Positions 63,657-64,000 of a stretch of DNA of 64,000 nucleotides are shown in pieces. Source of the DNA: Bacteroidota bacterium (GTDB lineage Bacteria; Bacteroidota; Bacteroidia; Bacteroidales; GCA-2748055); contig JAHEEC010000006.1 in assembly GCA_024640885.1 (NCBI GenBank), positions 5,238 to 69,237 of the forward strand. The letters run 5' to 3'. The first letter of the stretch is position 1; every line of letters starts with the position of its first letter. A model generated the notes under the pieces. That model made no database searches, was not told the origin of the DNA, and saw only the letters and a program-made list of their open reading frames with translations. A program made the translations under genes and the position numbers.

Positions 63657-64000
63657 CGGGGAGACTACAGGGAAAAGTCTTCATCATTACCGGGGCCAAC
63701 AGGGGCATCGGCAAGGCGATTGCCGGGGAATTCCTGAGGGCAGGGGCCCTGGTGGTGATCAGTGGCCGTGATCTCAAAAGGCTTGAATCTGCAAGGCTGG
63801 AATTTGAAAATATGGGCTATGCTCCAATCTCCATTGCCGCCGACCTCTGCGATCCGGAAGATTGCAAGAAGTTGATCCGTTCGACCGTGGATCATTTCGG
63901 AAAGATCCACGGGTTGGTAAATAACGCCGGGCTTCCTGCGCGGGGTAGGATTGAACACATCGATAGTGCGCTGTTCGCAAAGATAGTAGAAGGGAATCTG
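63653..64000 (+). CDS. SDR family oxidoreductase, N-terminal fragment cut by window edge
   Basis: Its ATG overlaps the upstream stop (ATGA). ITGANRGIGKAIA cofactor motif and NNAG. Open to the window end. Confidence 0.85.
   Translation, partial: MTGRLQGKVFIITGANRGIGKAIAGEFLRAGALVVISGRDLKRLESARLEFENMGYAPISIAADLCDPEDCKKLIRSTVDHFGKIHGLVNNAGLPARGRIEHIDSALFAKIVEGNL

Noticed and set aside
1-64000. Search for mobile elements, prophage, defence islands, toxin-antitoxin pairs, CRISPR and rRNA
   Set aside because: I saw no transposase, integrase or recombinase motifs. I also saw no terminal inverted repeats flanking a gene block, no RT, nuclease or helicase defence signatures, no regularly spaced repeats and no rRNA-like sequence. 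The tRNA-Arg is not flanked by an integrase or a direct repeat of its 3' end.

Overview
This is a 64-kb chromosomal segment that reads like Bacteroidota. Evidence: no Shine-Dalgarno signals, several TTTG/TAnnTTTG-type promoters, and typical families (800-aa FtsX permease, DUF4293, DUF5916, C69 dipeptidase, LptD-like, TlpA, AsmA). I support about 62 protein genes packed on both strands, often with ATGA or 1-nt overlaps, plus one tRNA-Arg(ACG). Housekeeping content includes dnaA, rplS, rny, zapA, pyrBI, anmK, pabBC and ldhA, and envelope genes (LptD-like, MlaD, amidase with SPOR domain, AsmA, M23 peptidase). The left 13 kb is dominated by sugar oxidoreductase genes (Gfo/Idh/MocA, TIM-barrel isomerases, DUF1080, two with Tat signals) and a thiol-redox cluster with an orphan ECF sigma factor. 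I see no transposase, integrase, reverse transcriptase, CRISPR array, restriction gene or recognisable defence gene, and no rRNA. The most interesting signals are non-coding or architectural. (1) A promoter-to-terminator unit at 41.67-41.87 kb would give a roughly 160-nt RNA carrying reiterated UAGUU motifs. (2) A rod-like structured RNA of about 190 nt lies between zapA and rny and is 6S-like. (3) A minimal MotA/ExbB-like channel is translationally coupled to a secreted S41 peptidase, next to a membrane LytTR regulator. (4) An RsbW-like kinase is coupled to an ATPase-less FtsX permease. (5) Two divergent promoters are interleaved in the 24-bp amidase/lptD spacer. (6) A 1-nt frameshift splits a small secreted-protein gene. 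All family calls come from motifs read by eye, not from database searches.
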